Shown piece by piece: positions 45,182 through 55,632 of a DNA stretch of 64,000 nt. The stretch covers positions 10,872 to 74,871 of the forward strand of contig DESD01000021.1 in NCBI GenBank assembly GCA_002361935.1, in the 5' to 3' direction. Source of the stretch: Ruminococcaceae bacterium UBA3323 (GTDB lineage: Bacteria > Bacillota > Clostridia > Oscillospirales > Acutalibacteraceae). Under the pieces are notes generated by a model, which saw only the letters and a list, made by a program, of their open reading frames with translations, did no database searches and was not told the DNA's origin. The stretch's first letter is position 1. Each line of letters opens with the position of its first letter. The position numbers and the translations under genes were made by a program.

Positions 45182-48100
45182 TAGTTTCTACCTTTATTTC
45201 TGTGTGTAATAAAATTATCCCTGTCACTCAGATTCCAGACGCATTTATATTTTTCATAGCGGATACGCTCAGATGCCGAAAGCTTAAAGGTTTGCTTTCT
45301 GTTTTCGGCAACCTCATCAAAAACAGGGGTAATCAGCTTAGCATCATTTCCGGTATATTCTGTTGCAGAAATAACAACAACGTCGTTTTCAAAAGGCAGC
45401 GTTACACATTTTTTACCTTTAACATCAAGTTCAACAATATAGAAATACATTCCCTTGGCAATTGCATCATTGCCGTTTACATGGCAATGGGTTGCTTCAA
45501 ACCCAAGCTTAGCATTTTTAACATAGGCAGTATCCCCAAGATCAACAAGATCCCATGCAGCAAACGCTTCAAACATACTGAAAACCTTTTTTGAAACCTT
45601 TTTACCGTCCACATCAAAGCTTACATTCTTATCCTCATGAACAGAGGAACAAAGAAGACAGAGCTTATCCGTAGTTTCGGAAATTTCAATTTTCTGTCCG
45701 TTCAGAACAAATGCGTTTTCGCTTGTTTTGGAAATTACGAAATCAATTCCGTTTGCCGACACGGCATCAGGGGTAATTTCACGCGGAATATTATATTCAA
45801 AATCAGATTTTTCATTTCTCTGATAGGTTATAATATTTTTATCAAACTTAACCTTAGCAGGAACGGATTTTGCCTTTTTGCCCTTTACATCACTTTCCTT
45901 TAACGTTAATGCAAAGGTTTTGATTTCATATGGCCTAAAGCTTGTTACAAGCTGTCCGTTTTCAACAGCAGCATCGCATTTGAATTCCTCGCTTGCAAAC
46001 ATTTCCCTTGCAGATGCTATGCCTGTTCCCAGCTCAATCAGAACATTTTCCGTGCTTTCATTTGCACCCTCATTCAGGCGGATGATGATTTCATCACTGT
46101 CCTCTGCTTTTTTGATTGCACGAACGATAATATTATCAGCCGAGATTCTGCCGAAGCTGTAATCAGAGCCAAGCTTTCCGCTGTGTTTTTCAGCAGAAAC
46201 GGCAATCATCGGCTGAACAAACTTTCTTGCTTCAAGCTGTGTTGCCCTGCCAACCTTTCCGCTATGGCTGAAGATGGCAAAGGAATATCGGTTCAAGCCG
46301 ATATCCAGCATAGACTGCATGGAGTCAATTCTGTAATTTTTAAGCGGTGTATGAAGCACGGTTAATCTGAGCGAATGATTATCAAATTTATCCCAGCCGT
46401 ACTTGCATTCACTGATTACGGAAACGCCGAAGCGACCGCTTTCATCCGTTAAATCAGCCCATTTCTGAGCAGGAACCTCAAAAAGCTTTTCGCTCATGTT
46501 TTCACGTTCAATTGCTCCAAGTCCCAAATCAAAGGTTGCCTTTTCATTTGAACAATTAAAAGAAAACTTATTTTTAGCAAGCGTACAAAGGCTCTGCCAT
46601 TCAATTTCAGAATAGACTTCTACACATTCGCCGCCGTCTGAAAGAGCGATAATATTCGTAAACTTAGAACGCTTTCTATCCTCCTGAACCACTTTAAAGG
46701 CAACTCTTGCAGGGCCGTTTTCCTCAATGCTGACGGAAACAAGGTTCGGAATTCTGTCTGCATTCTTGTTTGCTTCCTCATAATTCATTTCCCAAGCAGG
46801 CCAATCCTTTGAACCGGTATAATTATACAGACCGAGAACAACAGGCTCTTTAAGAAGCTCTTTATCATCAAGAGTCTTATCAATAATGGATTCAATATTG
46901 CCCTGCTTATTCAGCCTTACAATATATTTTTGATTTTCAGCAGTATTATCATTTATTGAAATTTCAGATTTAACCTTACAGGGTTCATCACTGGGACGAA
47001 CATCATAAACACGAAAGCCAAGACTTTTAACAGATGCAATGAATACAATTTCCATAACGCCGTTTTTATTGGAATTCACTTGGCTTTTAACCTCTTTGCC
47101 CTTATCATCAAAAATTCTTACATAAGGCTTATTTATGTTTTCAAGTCTGATTTTAACGGCAGAGGTAATATCTGCTTCAATCGGATTAGACACAACAACA
47201 GGAGTACCTGTACAGAAATCGGTTTTCATAAGCGTTGAAACAGCAGCAGTTGAAGCTTCAAGCTCGCTTTTGAACTGGTTTGCAGACATTGCATAATCAT
47301 TCCAGCTTCTGCGATAAGCACGCTGAACCGATGTGCCCGGCATATCATCGTGGAACTGATGTGCAATAAAGCGCTTCCATGAGCGGTTGATAACCCGGCT
47401 GTTATAATCATAGGCACCGAGATAGGAGGCAATAACGCTGTTTCTTTCGGCAATATCGGCAAGTTCTTCACAGCGTCTGTTCCAGCGTTTGCCTACTGCA
47501 CGCGAGGTATATCCGCCAACACCGTGATTCTGCATAACAAGCTCTTTTTTCCAAACAGGAAGCTTATCTCTCTGCTCCTCGGTTAATTTATTGTCTATAT
47601 CATGATAAATTTCATCGGCTGCTGCAACATAAACCTCAATATCATCCGAATCGTTTTTCTTTGTTTCTTTTTCAACAAAGGAAATGGATTTTTCCTTCGG
47701 AGCGCCGCCTCTGTCGCCGATACCATGGAACATATAGGTCCAATCCAGATCATACGCTTCATTCTTTTTGAATTTATCAAGCACAAAATCCCAGTCACGA
47801 AGCTTGGTAAAGGTATAATAATAATCATGAGGATTAACACAGGCATAAACATAGTTTCCGTCTACTCCATACCATTTTCCGATATCAAACGGCGTTCCGT
47901 AAGCAGAACCCCATGTAAGCTTCTGGGTTGTAAAGCCTTTAAGATTCGCATGCCTTTCTATTGACGGAAGCGCCCAGCCAAAGCCGAAGCAATCCGGAAG
48001 ATAGATATCAACGCTTCTTTTGCCAAAGGTTTTATCAAAATAGGAATTGCCGAAAAGGATATTTCTGAAAAGTGCTTCCGGAGACGGAATATTGGTATCT

Positions 48101-48372
48101 CCGTTTTCAAAAGCAGAACCGCAGACATTCCATCTGCCCTCCTTAACATATTCCTTAACCTTTTCAAAAAGCTCCGGATAATACTCCTCCATAAGTTCAT
48201 AGCGGTAGCTGCCCTCAAAGTTAAACTTATATGTAGGATATTTTTTAAACATTTTAAAATTATCTACAAGCGTATTATAAATATATGTTGAAACGGTTTT
48301 TTCAAAATCCCAGCTCCATATTGTATCAAGATGAGCCGTAGCAACAGTATAGATTTTCTTTTTCTGACCCAT
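45181..48372 (-). CDS. alpha-mannosidase, GH38, with C-terminal extension
   Basis: AHLDT.WSWD, F.FEGS.RY, LPDCFGF, G.GDRGG, H..G.YTS, HQFHD..PGTS, EVPAQKWAD, SE.KYGWDK. Start moved to 48372. Confidence 0.9.
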   Translation of the reverse strand: MGQKKKIYTVATAHLDTIWSWDFEKTVSTYIYNTLVDNFKMFKKYPTYKFNFEGSYRYELMEEYYPELFEKVKEYVKEGRWNVCGSAFENGDTNIPSPEALFRNILFGNSYFDKTFGKRSVDIYLPDCFGFGWALPSIERHANLKGFTTQKLTWGSAYGTPFDIGKWYGVDGNYVYACVNPHDYYYTFTKLRDWDFVLDKFKKNEAYDLDWTYMFHGIGDRGGAPKEKSISFVEKETKKNDSDDIEVYVAAADEIYHDIDNKLTEEQRDKLPVWKKELVMQNHGVGGYTSRAVGKRWNRRCEELADIAERNSVIASYLGAYDYNSRVINRSWKRFIAHQFHDDMPGTSVQRAYRRSWNDYAMSANQFKSELEASTAAVSTLMKTDFCTGTPVVVSNPIEADITSAVKIRLENINKPYVRIFDDKGKEVKSQVNSNKNGVMEIVFIASVKSLGFRVYDVRPSDEPCKVKSEISINDNTAENQKYIVRLNKQGNIESIIDKTLDDKELLKEPVVLGLYNYTGSKDWPAWEMNYEEANKNADRIPNLVSVSIEENGPARVAFKVVQEDRKRSKFTNIIALSDGGECVEVYSEIEWQSLCTLAKNKFSFNCSNEKATFDLGLGAIERENMSEKLFEVPAQKWADLTDESGRFGVSVISECKYGWDKFDNHSLRLTVLHTPLKNYRIDSMQSMLDIGLNRYSFAIFSHSGKVGRATQLEARKFVQPMIAVSAEKHSGKLGSDYSFGRISADNIIVRAIKKAEDSDEIIIRLNEGANESTENVLIELGTGIASAREMFASEEFKCDAAVENGQLVTSFRPYEIKTFALTLKESDVKGKKAKSVPAKVKFDKNIITYQRNEKSDFEYNIPREITPDAVSANGIDFVISKTSENAFVLNGQKIEISETTDKLCLLCSSVHEDKNVSFDVDGKKVSKKVFSMFEAFAAWDLVDLGDTAYVKNAKLGFEATHCHVNGNDAIAKGMYFYIVELDVKGKKCVTLPFENDVVVISATEYTGNDAKLITPVFDEVAENRKQTFKLSASERIRYEKYKCVWNLSDRDNFITHRNKGRN

Positions 48373-48385
48373 AGTTTTAATCTCC

Positions 48386-49750
48386 TTATTTCCAGCCGAA
48401 GCTGTAGTTTTTATTATGTTTAATATATTCATCAATAAGCTCTTTTGCAAGAGAATATGAATTTACAAGCGGATGCAGCGTAAGAGCCTGAATGGCTGAA
48501 GCTTTGTCCTTTTCTCTGATAGCCTTTGATGCAAGGCGCTCATAAATTTTAACCCGCCTGATGATTTCAAGATTCTGTTCATCCACATCTCCGATTTTAT
48601 GAGGAACACAGCCATCTGCATTAACATCACAGGTAATTTCAACCACATCATCATTTCGAAGCCCGTTTATGGAGCCGTTATTCGGTATACACATTATCAT
48701 TGTGCCTGTTGTTCCGCTTTGTGCGGTTTCAATAAATTTCAGTGCAACGCCTGCATAGCCGCCGTCATCCTCCTCATAAATATCAAAATGCCATGGAGTT
48801 GTTCGCTTAACGCCGGTTTCACTCGCCATATAGCTGCCCTCACGCATTCCATACCACTTTTCAAAAACCTTAAGGCAGCCCTCAAAATCATTTTCAATAT
48901 CCATTGCTGAGAGTTCGGCAGTCATATTCTTATTGATATCTCTGATTTGCTCGCCCCGTGTCTGCTTTGCTTTCAGGATATTCTCAACGGCCTGTTCTCT
49001 GTAATAAAAATAGTAGAGATATTCATTTAAAACAGCCTTTCGGTCTTTCAAAAGTTCCTTGCTGAAGTAACGCATATCGGTTTTTGTATATGCCTCATCA
49101 TTTTCTATAAGCTCATCCATAATTTCTTTGCCGCCCAGCGTAATGCTTTTGAAATAGGAAAGATGGTTCAGTCCGTAAACCTCACCGCTGATGTTATTCG
49201 GATTTTCATTATATAAAAGAGCAAAGGAACGAAGCATTCCGGACGGAGCATCACAGATACCATAAGTAAAATCATACCCCATATCACGCAGAGTCTGAGA
49301 AACAACACCTGCAGGATTGGTAAAGTTAAACACCTTTACATCAGGCTTGGAATACGTTTTGATAAGCTCACAGTATTCTGCAAGAGCAGGTACACTGCGC
49401 ATAGCAAAGGAAAAACCCGCCGCACCTGTGGTTTCCTGTCCGAGCACACCTTTGTTCAGTGCAATGCGTTCATCCTTGGCACGCATATCATCCTCGCCCA
49501 CACGGATTGTTGTTATAACGTAGTCCGCATTCCTGACAGCTTCAACAGCATCTGCTGTAATACTGAATTTCATGCCCGGGCACAGAAGCCTTGCTACATG
49601 GGCAGCCATTCCGCCGTAAATCCTTAATTTCTGTTCATTATTGTCCATAAAGCAAAGCTCATCTATATGCAGACGCTCTGCTTTCTGTGCAATGCTTTTG
49701 GCAAGAAACATGGAGCGTACTCCACCGCCTCCGATTACTGTTATTTTCAT
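48386..49750 (-). CDS. GH4 NAD+/Mn2+-dependent glycosidase (6-phospho-beta-glucosidase-like clade)
   Basis: IGGGGVRS Rossmann motif, R..DE.I....GV.GQETTG.AG, NFTNPAG, GICD, GLNHL, NEYLYYFY, HPLV.S. Confidence 0.88.
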   Translation of the reverse strand: MKITVIGGGGVRSMFLAKSIAQKAERLHIDELCFMDNNEQKLRIYGGMAAHVARLLCPGMKFSITADAVEAVRNADYVITTIRVGEDDMRAKDERIALNKGVLGQETTGAAGFSFAMRSVPALAEYCELIKTYSKPDVKVFNFTNPAGVVSQTLRDMGYDFTYGICDAPSGMLRSFALLYNENPNNISGEVYGLNHLSYFKSITLGGKEIMDELIENDEAYTKTDMRYFSKELLKDRKAVLNEYLYYFYYREQAVENILKAKQTRGEQIRDINKNMTAELSAMDIENDFEGCLKVFEKWYGMREGSYMASETGVKRTTPWHFDIYEEDDGGYAGVALKFIETAQSGTTGTMIMCIPNNGSINGLRNDDVVEITCDVNADGCVPHKIGDVDEQNLEIIRRVKIYERLASKAIREKDKASAIQALTLHPLVNSYSLAKELIDEYIKHNKNYSFGWK

Positions 49751-49774
49751 AAAAACACCTCTTTAAATATCAAT

Positions 49775-51178
49775 TTAATACCTTAAAACTGCGTCAGCAT
49801 CTCCGATACCATCATTATGAAGAAGCGGAAGAACGGCTGAGGATATATTTTCAAGCCCTATTGCTTTCAGCTTTTTTGAAAAAGGCTTTAACAACCTATC
49901 AAACTTTTTCAACACACTCTCGGCAATTTTATATTCAGGAGAGGATTTTTCAATATTTCCATCTCCCTTATATAAATTTGCAACTGCATCAATTATAAAG
50001 GGAACCACCTTTTTATTATAAACAGGTTTGATTTCATCTGATGAAACCTTTGAAGAAAAGCGTACAAATTTATAAACCTTACCAAAGGTTAAACGATTTA
50101 AACACTTTGATATTATTTGAAAAATAAATTTATACTTCGCCGTAACCTCTTTTGAAAGGCTCATACCAACTGCAAAATCCATGAAGGCTTCATAATTGTT
50201 TTCTGCATTTTCAATTGCATCGGCTATTGAACCTAAAAAAAGCTTTTTTGTATATTCCGTAAGCGTTAATCCATCTGTATCAATGCCTGCAACATGATCA
50301 GCAAAAAAGCTTTTCACATCTATTTTTCTTTCATCCGGAATTATTTCAATTTCTCTGTAAACAGGCGGAAAGCCTGTTAAGGCACCCGTTGAAATATCAT
50401 AAAGCGTATTGCCGCTCGCGGTTGTAACAGATGAGATATTATGAACATGGCTATGCCCCGTTAAAATAAGCGGCAGACCCATATCAGCGAACTGCTTTGC
50501 TCTCAGTTCATGTTTATCAAGCATATCATTGGCACCGATTAACCGATATAAAACAGATGGTGCAATTACAGGATGATGCGTCATTGCAACAAGAAACTGA
50601 CCTTCCCTTTCTGCCCTTTCAACCTGAGCTTTTATCCATTCAAAGCAATCTTCGCTGTAACCGCAATGAGGGTTTCCGTAATCATCATTAAGCGCAAGAA
50701 GCCTATAGCCCTCAGATAGCTGAGCAACATAAGACAACGACTCTTCATGAACTGAAATTGCATCATTATAACCAAATTCGCCGTAATAATCCATAAGCTT
50801 ATCACGCACAAGTCTTGGAACAGGAACAGGCTTATTATTCTGATCTCTGCCGTAAGCGGGCATAAAGCCATCATCATAATCATGCGTGGCGGTAATTACA
50901 TAAATCATTTTGCCCCTGTTTTTTAGTTCCTTAAGCACATCCCGCATTTCTTCATGAGAAGGAATTTCACCGTTATTTGTTAAATCACCGCTGATGAGAA
51001 TGATATCAATTTCATCATTTCGGGAAAGCTTATTAAAAGTATCCCTAATGATTTCTTCACTGTATTTCACCAGCAGCTGTCCGCTTTCAGGAGGAAAATC
51101 ATCAGAATTTCCGGCTATCCAGTTTCTTTTTGAATAGTAATGCGTATCGGTAATTACAGTAAATTTAAGTGGTTTCAT
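49775..51178 (-). CDS. Calcineurin-like metallophosphoesterase (cytoplasmic)
   Basis: TDTH, SGDLT, ATHD, THHP, GHSH; no signal peptide. Start moved to 51178. Confidence 0.85.
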   Translation of the reverse strand: MKPLKFTVITDTHYYSKRNWIAGNSDDFPPESGQLLVKYSEEIIRDTFNKLSRNDEIDIILISGDLTNNGEIPSHEEMRDVLKELKNRGKMIYVITATHDYDDGFMPAYGRDQNNKPVPVPRLVRDKLMDYYGEFGYNDAISVHEESLSYVAQLSEGYRLLALNDDYGNPHCGYSEDCFEWIKAQVERAEREGQFLVAMTHHPVIAPSVLYRLIGANDMLDKHELRAKQFADMGLPLILTGHSHVHNISSVTTASGNTLYDISTGALTGFPPVYREIEIIPDERKIDVKSFFADHVAGIDTDGLTLTEYTKKLFLGSIADAIENAENNYEAFMDFAVGMSLSKEVTAKYKFIFQIISKCLNRLTFGKVYKFVRFSSKVSSDEIKPVYNKKVVPFIIDAVANLYKGDGNIEKSSPEYKIAESVLKKFDRLLKPFSKKLKAIGLENISSAVLPLLHNDGIGDADAVLRY

Positions 51179-51268
51179 ATATTGCACCTCTTTAACCTTC
51201 TTACCCTTATACAAACATTGTTTACAAAGAATAGTATAGCCGTTTTAAATTAAATTGAAAAGACATAT

Positions 51269-51299
51269 AAACGACAAAAAATACAAATTTATGTCGTTT
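51269..51299. promoter_or_regulatory. Inverted repeat (candidate regulator site) between divergent promoters
   Basis: AAACGACA-N15-TGTCGTTT, upstream of the weak TTTTCA-17-TATACT minus-strand promoter. Confidence 0.45.
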
Positions 51300-51313
51300 T
51301 AAATAAATTATTC

Positions 51314-51342
51314 TTGATTAAGCATGCCCCTAATGTTACAAT
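51314..51342 (+). promoter_or_regulatory. sigmaA promoter of the AraC gene
   Basis: TTGATT-17 nt-TACAAT with TG extension. Confidence 0.65.
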
Positions 51343-51364
51343 AGACAGCAAAGGGGATTTGTCT

Positions 51365-52207
51365 ATGGATATGACTTTAAATTACAATGAAAACAGAATA
51401 AAAATATTCAAGATATTCTCGGGCACTCTGGACGAAATCGTTATGATGCACGCACATACAAAAAACGGCTATGAACTTCATTTTATTGACTACGGAAAAG
51501 GCATTCTTGAAACAGAGCACGGGCAATATGAATTAGCAAAAAATTCACTTTATATAACGGGGCCAAATGTGCTTCACAAGCAGATTCCCGACAAAAAAGA
51601 GCCTATGCATGAGCTATGCGTTTATTTTAAAATATCAAAATCTAAAAATGAAAGCGGCGCCGTCGGTGACTTTACCTCAAAAAAATTTTGGATAGGAAAA
51701 AGCAATAATGAAGTAAGAAAGCTATTTAAGCAAATGGTTACAGAAAGCGAAAAAAACTCCGTCCACAAAAAGGACATCCTTTCCTCGCTTGCAATCAGAT
51801 TGATTACAGAAATCGCAAGGCTCTATTATCCAAACAGCGAAGCTGATTCCGCTCAAACCAACAGTACGGATCTTAACGAAAACCGATCGTGGATACTGGA
51901 TCAATTATTGCTGGAAGACTGCAGCAAGGTAAAGCTTGCTGATTTTGCAAAAAACATGGGTGTTTCACCACGGCAGGCGGAAAGAATTATTAAGGATTAC
52001 TACGGCTCATCCTTTAAAAAACTCCGCTATGAAGCAAAAATGGCAATGGCGGCAACTCTTCTTGAAGAGAAAAATATTACGATTGAAGAATGTGCCGTAA
52101 AATGCGGCTATACCTGCTCTGCAGCATTCATAACGGCATTTAAGCAAAAATATAATGTAACGCCAAAGAGTTATTGGGAAACCCTGAATGAAAGAAGGAA
52201 GACCTAG
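51365..52207 (+). CDS. AraC family transcriptional regulator
   Basis: Cupin N-terminus (HAH...YELHFI..G.G...GP...H.Q); C-terminal double HTH (A..MGVS.RQ..R.IK..YG..F, A..CGY....F..AFK..Y..TP). Confidence 0.92.
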   Translation: MDMTLNYNENRIKIFKIFSGTLDEIVMMHAHTKNGYELHFIDYGKGILETEHGQYELAKNSLYITGPNVLHKQIPDKKEPMHELCVYFKISKSKNESGAVGDFTSKKFWIGKSNNEVRKLFKQMVTESEKNSVHKKDILSSLAIRLITEIARLYYPNSEADSAQTNSTDLNENRSWILDQLLLEDCSKVKLADFAKNMGVSPRQAERIIKDYYGSSFKKLRYEAKMAMAATLLEEKNITIEECAVKCGYTCSAAFITAFKQKYNVTPKSYWETLNERRKT

Positions 52208-52249
52208 GGTCCCTGCATAAAGAATACTTCTTTACGTAGGGTGTCCCTA
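52205..52249. terminator. Hairpin between convergent AraC and GH28 genes
   Basis: CCCTGC-ATAAAGAA..TTCTTTA-CGTAGGG stem. Confidence 0.5.
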
Positions 52250-52261
52250 AGTCTTCCTTCT

Positions 52262-53821
52262 TTATTTATCTGTATTCAAATCTTCAACATAATCAAATGC
52301 AAGTTCGCTGCACGAGCGAGGAGTGCAGGTGTAACCCTTATAATCAACATTCTTTGCATGCCTTACGAAGATACCATAGCACGGCAAATCCCAATATCCG
52401 CTGTATTTATGGTCTATAAAATAATGATGTGATACTCTTGTAATTTCAGGATAATCACTCATGGATTTTTCGCTAACGGATTTTTTAACAGAAAGATGTT
52501 CCTTTGTATCACGATAAGCAACACTGAAGTTTTCAAGCGTTACATTCTGAACATAATATGTTTTTCCGTCAGCCTCACAACCTGTTATGGCAGACGGCAT
52601 TTCGGCATTTTTTGCCTTCACATTTTTAATTGAAATATCCGATATACCGCCCACATTCTTTTCAACATACCTCAGTCTGTTTCCAAGCCATATAAGAAGC
52701 GGCGAGCTGATTCCATCCATTTCTATATCAGATATTTTTACATTTTCAATAAAGCTTCCGTCCGCCGATTCAATCGCAATTCCGCTGTAGCCATAGGTCA
52801 TACCGTCAGGCATAAAGAAATAACAATTGTCAACCTGAACATTATCAACGCTTTTTGCTGTTTCGGTACCGATTTTAAAACAGTTTGCAAGGCTTGAAAC
52901 GGTACAGTCTGAAACCGTAACACCATGAATGCCCATATCAATGGGTTTCAGAACAATTGCATCATCGCCCGTTGCAATAAAGCAATGATGAATGCTGATA
53001 TCATTTCCGCCTAAAATATCAATACCGTCTGTATTGGCAACATGCATATTATTATCTATAACAACATTACCGATATCAACCTGATCGCAGTTATTTATAA
53101 CAAGCGTCCAAGTTGCACTTTCATTTAATATAATATTATTAATATGCACATCCGTGCAGTTATTCAGCTTGATGATATGATTTCTTTCTGTATCCTTTGC
53201 AAAACGGATTCTTTTTCTTGCTTCAATAACCCGGGTATACAGATTGAATTCTTCAAGAGCATAAAGCGGTTCTTCCGTTTCCGCATCTTTCGTATAGGAT
53301 TCGCCGCTGCCGCAGATGATTCCACCGCCGGTTACGCAAATATTTTTTGCATCATTGGCAGTTACAACCGCTTCGTCAAGCGGATTTGCCGATATTTCAT
53401 TTTCATCGCAGGCAAGGGAAACAAGCTTTGCCCCCTTAGACACAAACAATGTAACATCGCTTTTAAGTTCAATTGTTGAAACCTTATACTCACCGGCAGG
53501 AATCACAACCGTTCCGCCGCCGTTTTGGAACAGCTGATCAATTGCTTCATTAATCAGCCTGCTGTTGTCCTCACCCTTTGCTTCCTTATCAACAGCAGGT
53601 GTAACAGCTTTTTCTGTAAAGCTACATTCCTTTACATATTTTTCATAAGGAATATTGGCTATTTTACTGGCGGTTTCATCCGTGGTGTAAAGTGTTTTAA
53701 CTTTACCTAAATTAGCATTGCTCCTATGTGTTTTTATCTCATAATTAACAAAAAATCCTAAAGGAAAAGCAAGAATAACAAGAAGAATTACTAAAATAAT
53801 AACCATCATTTTCTTTTTCAT
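52262..53821 (-). CDS. Membrane-anchored GH28-family (pectate-lyase-fold) glycosidase
   Basis: N-terminal TM, INEAID....GGGTV.IPAG.Y, NTDGID, TGDDAI.LK, KIGTE, LP.YG.F.RH. Confidence 0.85.
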   Translation of the reverse strand: MKKKMMVIILVILLVILAFPLGFFVNYEIKTHRSNANLGKVKTLYTTDETASKIANIPYEKYVKECSFTEKAVTPAVDKEAKGEDNSRLINEAIDQLFQNGGGTVVIPAGEYKVSTIELKSDVTLFVSKGAKLVSLACDENEISANPLDEAVVTANDAKNICVTGGGIICGSGESYTKDAETEEPLYALEEFNLYTRVIEARKRIRFAKDTERNHIIKLNNCTDVHINNIILNESATWTLVINNCDQVDIGNVVIDNNMHVANTDGIDILGGNDISIHHCFIATGDDAIVLKPIDMGIHGVTVSDCTVSSLANCFKIGTETAKSVDNVQVDNCYFFMPDGMTYGYSGIAIESADGSFIENVKISDIEMDGISSPLLIWLGNRLRYVEKNVGGISDISIKNVKAKNAEMPSAITGCEADGKTYYVQNVTLENFSVAYRDTKEHLSVKKSVSEKSMSDYPEITRVSHHYFIDHKYSGYWDLPCYGIFVRHAKNVDYKGYTCTPRSCSELAFDYVEDLNTDK

Positions 53822-53824
53822 TTT

Positions 53825-55576
53825 TTACCCCTTTTTTTCAATTTCGGCACACTTCGTATTGATTTCAATAATCTGTTTGTAGATATCATCAGCGAATTTC
53901 TTTTCTCTTTCATAAGTATAAAGCCCGTTCTGCTCCTGTTCAATATCATAAAGCTGGGTATAGCAGAAGCCAAACATCTTTTTATTTGAAATCAATGCAT
54001 CAGTAAGCCCGCAGTATCTGTCTGCAAATTCCTGAGGTGTTTTCACATTTTCGCCGTATCCCCATGATTTTATGCTATTGTCGCCTGCCCATTTTATTCC
54101 GCCGTATTCACTGACAAATACAGGAAGCTTACCATTATATTTTTGCCTGCCCGGATTATCAACAAGAACATGCTCATAAAGATAATCCTCATCAACGAGC
54201 CTGTCAAAATTCTTTTTGAACAAAACGGGGGCATAATTATAATCATGAACATCGTAAATATCCGTTTTCACGTGGAAATTTCCGCTTGTATCAATACAGG
54301 GCCTTGTATGATCCACAGCCTTAGTATAATCATAGATTGCAGCCAGAAGCTCGTTTTTCTGCTTTCTGCCCCTGTAATTCCATGTTTCATTAAAAGGGCA
54401 CCAGCCAATAATGGACGGATGATTGAAATCACGACTAACCGCTTCTGCCCATTCGGAAAGATACGCCGCAAGGGCATCGGACGAGGAATAATCCAGCCCC
54501 CAGCTTGCATATTCGCCCCAGACAAGATAGCCCATTTTATCACAATAATACAGATATCTTGGTTCAAAAACCTTTTGATGCGGCCTTGCCCCATTAAATC
54601 CAAGAGCCATTGACAGCTCAATATCCTTAAGCAGCTCTGTTTCGTCCTTGGCGGTATAAATTCCATCCTTATAAAAGCCCTGATCCAATACCAATCTTTG
54701 GAAAACACTTTTTTCATTGATTAAAAACCTATATCCGTCCAGACGGACATCCCTTAATCCAAAGTAGCTTTTTACTTTATCCTCACCAAAGGTGAATTCC
54801 AAATCATACAGTCTGCCGTTTCCGACCTCCCACAAATGCTTTTCACTAAGCGGAATATGAAAGAAGCAATTTGAGTTTGCCTGTTCCTGTTTTATAGTTC
54901 CTACTACTTTTCCGTTATAAAGCACATCGCAGGAAAAATCAGCTGTACCGACAAAATCAGCAGAAATCGTAACACTGCAGCCTTTTGCATCGGGATAAAG
55001 CTTAAAATCCTTTATGTAATCCTGCGGTGTATATTCAAGGTACACCGTTTGCCATATGCCTGTTGTTCTTGTATAGTCACAGCCGTGGCTCTTTAATTTT
55101 TCACTTTGCTTACCGCGGGCAACAAGAGGATTTTTAACATTATCCTCACAGAAGATAAAGATTTCATTTTCTCCGTCTGCCGCCAAATCTGTTATCTCAA
55201 ACCTAAAAGGGGTATAACCGCCTTTGTGACGCCCCGCAGGCTTCCCGTTAACAAGAACGGTTGTTAAATAATCGGCCGCACCGATATGAAGAAAAACTCT
55301 TTTTCCGTTCTTTTTGATATCAACCGTTTTCCTGTACCAGACCAGATTCACAAAACCTGTATTCCCGATTCCCGAAAGCACGCTTTCCACGCAGAACGGT
55401 ACATTGATTTTATGTGTATAATCATTTTTATAATAATACTTTAAGGCTAAAGCCTCATCCTTTGAAAACCTGAAGCCCCTGATTTTCTTATATCCGAAAT
55501 CCCATTCACCGTTTAAATTCAGCCAATCCGTTCGTTCAAACTGAGGATTGGGATATTCATTTCTGTAAACCTTCAT
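53825..55576 (-). CDS. GH2 glycoside hydrolase (beta-galactosidase/glucuronidase-like)
   Basis: EYP.PQF.R..W.NLNG.WDF, H.GGYTPF, TGIWQTV.LE, LDQG.Y..G..TA, GFNGAR.HQK.F, HPSII.W..FNE, SEYGG, Q.YD.EQE.NG. Start moved to 55576. Confidence 0.9.
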   Translation of the reverse strand: MKVYRNEYPNPQFERTDWLNLNGEWDFGYKKIRGFRFSKDEALALKYYYKNDYTHKINVPFCVESVLSGIGNTGFVNLVWYRKTVDIKKNGKRVFLHIGAADYLTTVLVNGKPAGRHKGGYTPFRFEITDLAADGENEIFIFCEDNVKNPLVARGKQSEKLKSHGCDYTRTTGIWQTVYLEYTPQDYIKDFKLYPDAKGCSVTISADFVGTADFSCDVLYNGKVVGTIKQEQANSNCFFHIPLSEKHLWEVGNGRLYDLEFTFGEDKVKSYFGLRDVRLDGYRFLINEKSVFQRLVLDQGFYKDGIYTAKDETELLKDIELSMALGFNGARPHQKVFEPRYLYYCDKMGYLVWGEYASWGLDYSSSDALAAYLSEWAEAVSRDFNHPSIIGWCPFNETWNYRGRKQKNELLAAIYDYTKAVDHTRPCIDTSGNFHVKTDIYDVHDYNYAPVLFKKNFDRLVDEDYLYEHVLVDNPGRQKYNGKLPVFVSEYGGIKWAGDNSIKSWGYGENVKTPQEFADRYCGLTDALISNKKMFGFCYTQLYDIEQEQNGLYTYEREKKFADDIYKQIIEINTKCAEIEKKG

Positions 55577-55608
55577 ACAATACTTACCCCTATATCTGCA
55601 ATTGAGTA

Positions 55609-55632
55609 TAGGGAGAGCAAAAGCCCTCCCTA
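55609..55632. terminator. Hairpin after leuS lacking a U tract on the coding strand
   Basis: TAGGGAGAGC-AAAA-GCCCTCCCTA. Confidence 0.5.
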
